A stretch of DNA of 64,000 nt, from the NCBI GenBank assembly GCA_963662275.1, contig OY759316.1:2595820-2659819 (forward strand). The letters run 5' to 3'. A program made the position numbers and the translations under genes. Below, one piece after another: positions 60,760-64,000 of the stretch; within the stretch, counting starts at the first letter, position 1; each line of letters starts with the position of its first letter. Below the pieces are notes generated by a model that saw only the letters and a list, made by a program, of their open reading frames with translations, was not told where the DNA came from and ran no database searches. Source of the stretch: Candidatus Cloacimonadales bacterium (GTDB taxonomy: Bacteria > Cloacimonadota > Cloacimonadia > Cloacimonadales > DAONDQ01).

Positions 60760-60973
60760 GAAAGAAATACTAGTTTGTGACCTCAAGAGCTATATAGTAA
60801 ATAAAGCACAAACGAAGTAGGAAGCTAGCTAATTGAAAATTGGCAGGAAGTATATTTGCAATCCTTTTTCCTTGTATCGTGACTTTCGTGGTTACTATTC
60901 TTCTTCAGCTTCTCGTTGCAAAGAATGCAACGTATCCGCCGATAAGAAATCAGCGTTCCAAATCACTCTTCTG

Positions 60974-62221
60974 CTACAAGCTATCAGCTTCTTCCTTCCA
61001 CTCCAAAGCGATCTCCTTTCCTTTCTTTTCATTCACAAACTGGAGAAGGACTCCACCCACAAAGAAGAAAGCAATAAGTGATAATATTGACCAGCGCTGG
61101 GAACCGGTACGTAGGGCAATTTCACCATAGACAAGGGGACCGAAGATAGAGGAAAGTCTTCCGGTTACAGCATAGAAACCAAAGAATTCAGCCTGTTTAT
61201 CTATTGGTGTGAGGAGAGCCAGTAATGTCCGGCTGTTAGCCTGGCTGGAGCCGATTGCGAGTCCGGCTGTCATACCCACAAAGTAGTATTCCAGTTTCGT
61301 CGAACAAAAGAAAGCCCAAATGACCACACCTGTCCAGATGAACAGGCTCAGTGTCAGGGCACGCTTGGCACCGATTCTATCCGTCAGCAGACCAAAAAGA
61401 TAAGAACCGAGTATTGACGTAACCTGAGCCAGGATAAAATACTTGATGATTTCCTGCTGATTCATGCCAAATTGATTCACACCGTAGATCGCAGCAAAGA
61501 CGATCACAGTAATGATACCATCATTGTAAATCAAGTAGGCAACCAGGAATTTGCCTAGTTCCCTGAATTGAAAAAGATGAGTTATTGTAAATTTAATTCT
61601 CTGGTACGCAACCCTATAATAATTCGTCCTTTTAGAGGGTCGTTTAAACTCTTTCAGCCACATTAAGGTGAAGATGGCAAACGATCCAAAGAAAAGAGCG
61701 ACCGCCGGGAAAACATAGCGTATGTTCCATTTAACAATAAAAAGGGAAATGACCAGGGATAACAAACCACCTACATAGCCTAAAGCCCAGCCCATACCGG
61801 ATACTTTTCCCATATTTTCATGGGAAGATATCTCGGGTAGAAAAGCATCATAGAAGACATTGGCACTATTGAACCCGAAATTGGCAATGATAAAGAACAG
61901 CATACCGATGAATACATCTCCCCGCTGCACGAAATAAAGCAAAGCCGTGAATATCACAGCCAGGTAGCAATTCAGGAAGAGAAATCGTTTCTTTGCCCTG
62001 GAGAAATCAGCAACTGCACCAAAGATCGGGGCAGAGATTGCCACCAAAGCCATGGATATACTGATTGCTCTTCCCCATAGCGCTGTCCCCAGCTCCTGGT
62101 TATTAGGGACGACAACTTTCATAAAATAGGCACTGTAAATAACGGTTACAATGATTGTGGTAAAAGAGGAATTGGCAAAATCATACATCATCCAGCCGAC
62201 GAGATTGCGATTTAATTTCAC
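60974..62221 (-). CDS. MFS transporter (12 TM)
   Basis: Hydrophobic 12-helix profile; GTG start at 62221. Confidence 0.7.
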   Translation of the reverse strand: MKLNRNLVGWMMYDFANSSFTTIIVTVIYSAYFMKVVVPNNQELGTALWGRAISISMALVAISAPIFGAVADFSRAKKRFLFLNCYLAVIFTALLYFVQRGDVFIGMLFFIIANFGFNSANVFYDAFLPEISSHENMGKVSGMGWALGYVGGLLSLVISLFIVKWNIRYVFPAVALFFGSFAIFTLMWLKEFKRPSKRTNYYRVAYQRIKFTITHLFQFRELGKFLVAYLIYNDGIITVIVFAAIYGVNQFGMNQQEIIKYFILAQVTSILGSYLFGLLTDRIGAKRALTLSLFIWTGVVIWAFFCSTKLEYYFVGMTAGLAIGSSQANSRTLLALLTPIDKQAEFFGFYAVTGRLSSIFGPLVYGEIALRTGSQRWSILSLIAFFFVGGVLLQFVNEKKGKEIALEWKEEADSL

Positions 62222-63447
62222 AGAGAAACTCCGGGTTCAGCAGGAACGGCGTCATACTCTACACAGACAGCAAGATCGGCGTCTTGCTCTACTACTTCAG
62301 CAGGAACGGCGTCATACTCTACACAGACAGCAAGATCGGCGTCTTGCTCTACTACTTCAGCAGGAACGGCGTCCTGCTCTACAGGGACATCCATGTGAAT
62401 AACTGGCAGCTTATAATCCTTGTATAAATCCAGGTTAGGTGTAGCAATAAACACCTGGTTCTTCGTTGACATCATGGAGATGATCTGTTTTGTACGGATT
62501 GCATCCAAATCGGATAGTACATCATCAAAAATCAGGATGGGGTTTTCGTTTTCATGATTTTGGACAAGTTGAGCCTGGGTAAGTCTCATACATATCGCCA
62601 ATGAGCGTTGTTGTCCCTGAGAGCCGTAATCACGAGCCTGGTGACCATTAATAAGAAAAAGAATATCATCCAAGTGTGGACCGATCAATGATCTTTGGTA
62701 GGCAATTTCCTTCTGTCCACGCTGTTTCACATAAGCCAGGAAGTCTTCATGCACGGTGTCCGAATATTCATCAATTTCGGCAGCACAATACACGACATCG
62801 GTTGTCTCTTTGGCAGTACTGATTTTTGCGTAGTTCTCTTTGAACAAAGGTGTAAAAATAGACAGATAACGTTTTCGAGCTTCAACAACCATGACCCCGG
62901 CTTCCATGAATTTCTCATCCCATACTTTCTTGATTTGGGAATCAAAAGGAGTTTTCAGCATGGCATTCCGCTGTTGAAGGATATGCAGGTAATTCCTGAG
63001 GATTTCAATATAGGAATAATCATATTGGGCAATTGCCTGGTCAAAGAAATGTCTCCGTAACCTCGGAGAACCGGATATGACCATGATATCACCTGGTGAA
63101 AAGTAGATGATCTTCAAATAACGATACAGTTCGCTGAGTTTCTTTAAAGGTTCTTTATCCAAGAGGATGTTTTTCTTCCCCCCAGAGAAATTAACGCTGA
63201 TTTGAAGAGGATTTTCACGGTATTGGAAGAATCCAGCCAAATGAAAAGCACTTTGGTTAAAACGCATGACTTCAGCATCGGGAGCAGATCGAATCGACTT
63301 CCCGTAAGCAGAATAGGCGATAGCTTCCAGTAAATTGGTTTTGCCAATACCGTTTTTCCCTGTAATTAATGCACCTTCCGGTGCGAAAGTCATATCGCAG
63401 TCTGCAAAGTTACGAAAGTTCTGCAGATGAATGCGATTTATATACAA
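62218..63447 (-). CDS. recF: DNA replication/repair protein RecF with repeat-encoded C-terminal tail
   Basis: N-terminus MYINRIHLQNFRNFADCDMTFAPEGALITGKNGIGKTNLLEAIAYS; follows dnaN. The ORF continues ~50 aa past the usual RecF end through the REP array. Confidence 0.9.
   Translation of the reverse strand: MYINRIHLQNFRNFADCDMTFAPEGALITGKNGIGKTNLLEAIAYSAYGKSIRSAPDAEVMRFNQSAFHLAGFFQYRENPLQISVNFSGGKKNILLDKEPLKKLSELYRYLKIIYFSPGDIMVISGSPRLRRHFFDQAIAQYDYSYIEILRNYLHILQQRNAMLKTPFDSQIKKVWDEKFMEAGVMVVEARKRYLSIFTPLFKENYAKISTAKETTDVVYCAAEIDEYSDTVHEDFLAYVKQRGQKEIAYQRSLIGPHLDDILFLINGHQARDYGSQGQQRSLAICMRLTQAQLVQNHENENPILIFDDVLSDLDAIRTKQIISMMSTKNQVFIATPNLDLYKDYKLPVIHMDVPVEQDAVPAEVVEQDADLAVCVEYDAVPAEVVEQDADLAVCVEYDAVPAEPGVSL
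62225..62400. repeat. Tandem array (2.7 copies) of a 60-bp REP-like double-hairpin unit, in frame with the 3' end of recF
   Basis: cagcaggaacggcgtcatactctacacagacagcaagatcggcgtcttgctctactactt repeated exactly from 62238; contains gcaaga-tcggcg-tcttgc and gcagga-acggcg-tcctgc palindromes. Confidence 0.85.
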
Positions 63448-64000
63448 TTACGGCAACCGAAGAGGCATAATCAAAAAACGGGCATGTGTATTTTCAGGAT
63501 CAGTTTCATTGAAGAATTGAACCGGATCCTTTGACTTGGCAAAAACGATCTTTACTTTTTCAGTATCGATTGCATCCAGGACAGAATTGAGATATTTATA
63601 GTTGAAAGCAATGCTGATATCTTCTCCTGAAAATTCATAATCTGCAAGCTGTTCCTTCGCTTCTCCCCGTTCCCGATTCAAAGTGGAAATATCCGTATTC
63701 GCTGCAGAAATATCGAACCTGACACGCAAGCTATCTTCAGGAGCCATTAAACCGACACGACGAACAGCCGTTTTTAAAAGGTCACGATTAAATAACAAAG
63801 TGGTATTGATTTCCTTCGGGAATACCTGCTTGTAATCAGGATATTTTCCTTCAATAACATGGGTGAATATCGTATAATTCTTATAATTGAACATCACTCT
63901 TGATTCTTCCAGGACTATTTTCAGTATTGGTTCATCATCACGGATAATGCGCATCAGGAAAACAAGACCTTTCACAGGCAGGATTTGTTCAATGGGCTGC
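63448..64000 (-). CDS. dnaN: DNA polymerase III beta sliding clamp, C-terminal part (gene continues beyond window)
   Basis: C-terminal ...FLIMPLRLP (DnaN MPxRL ending); directly upstream of recF; frame open to the window edge. Confidence 0.85.
   Translation of the reverse strand, partial: QPIEQILPVKGLVFLMRIIRDDEPILKIVLEESRVMFNYKNYTIFTHVIEGKYPDYKQVFPKEINTTLLFNRDLLKTAVRRVGLMAPEDSLRVRFDISAANTDISTLNRERGEAKEQLADYEFSGEDISIAFNYKYLNSVLDAIDTEKVKIVFAKSKDPVQFFNETDPENTHARFLIMPLRLP

Noticed and set aside
62151-62402. Plus-strand ORF with repetitive QQERRHTLHRQQDRRLALLL translation; also considered whether the 60-bp tandem is a CRISPR array
   Set aside because: The ORF is the antisense of the REP tandem array. 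CRISPR was rejected because only 2.7 identical units exist with no unique spacers, the units are internally palindromic on both halves, the family recurs as single copies elsewhere (24.0 kb), and no cas genes are present.

Overview
This 64-kb window looks like a chromosomal segment close to the replication origin: dnaN (partial) and recF sit at its 3' end on the minus strand. The host is AT-rich and probably belongs to the FCB group, possibly Cloacimonadota, judged from five secreted proteins that carry a T9SS-type C-terminal sorting domain. The region is a mosaic of housekeeping and accessory genes.

Housekeeping content:
- a heterodimeric ABC exporter pair
- a SurA/PpiD-like parvulin chaperone
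- a GcvT-family aminomethyltransferase
- an SPFH/band-7 protein
- a TolC-HlyD-ABC(GldA/F/G-like)-DUF4340 export operon
- an MFS transporter
- an M28 peptidase, a GNAT acetyltransferase, a nitroreductase
- a TPR-GGDEF cyclase and a TPR-histidine kinase

Accessory content:
- an intact IS21-family element (istA/istB with multi-copy GTGGCTCT terminal repeats)
- an IS4-like DDE transposase abutting tRNA-Pro(CGG)
- an IS91-family Y2/HUH transposase preceded by a tyrosine recombinase
- two families of dispersed palindromic (REP-like) repeats, one of which is fused in frame to the 3' end of recF
- a small defense island: an AbiL/OLD-like AAA ATPase plus RloB(TOPRIM-like) pair, followed by a KAP-family P-loop NTPase

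The most unusual locus is at 10.4-16.6 kb. It is a two-gene operon under a divergent TetR regulator, between T9SS cargo genes and next to IS elements and a tRNA. It encodes a 626-aa protein with an N-terminal HD phosphohydrolase motif set and a 1432-aa protein with tandem KaiC/RecA-like domains (the first with intact Walker A/B and a KaiC-like C-terminal signature, the second degenerate), ending in a Cys/His-rich tail. I could not match this pair to any described system and flag it as the best candidate for a novel defense or signalling module.

All calls come from reading the ORF translations and the DNA directly; no database searches were run.
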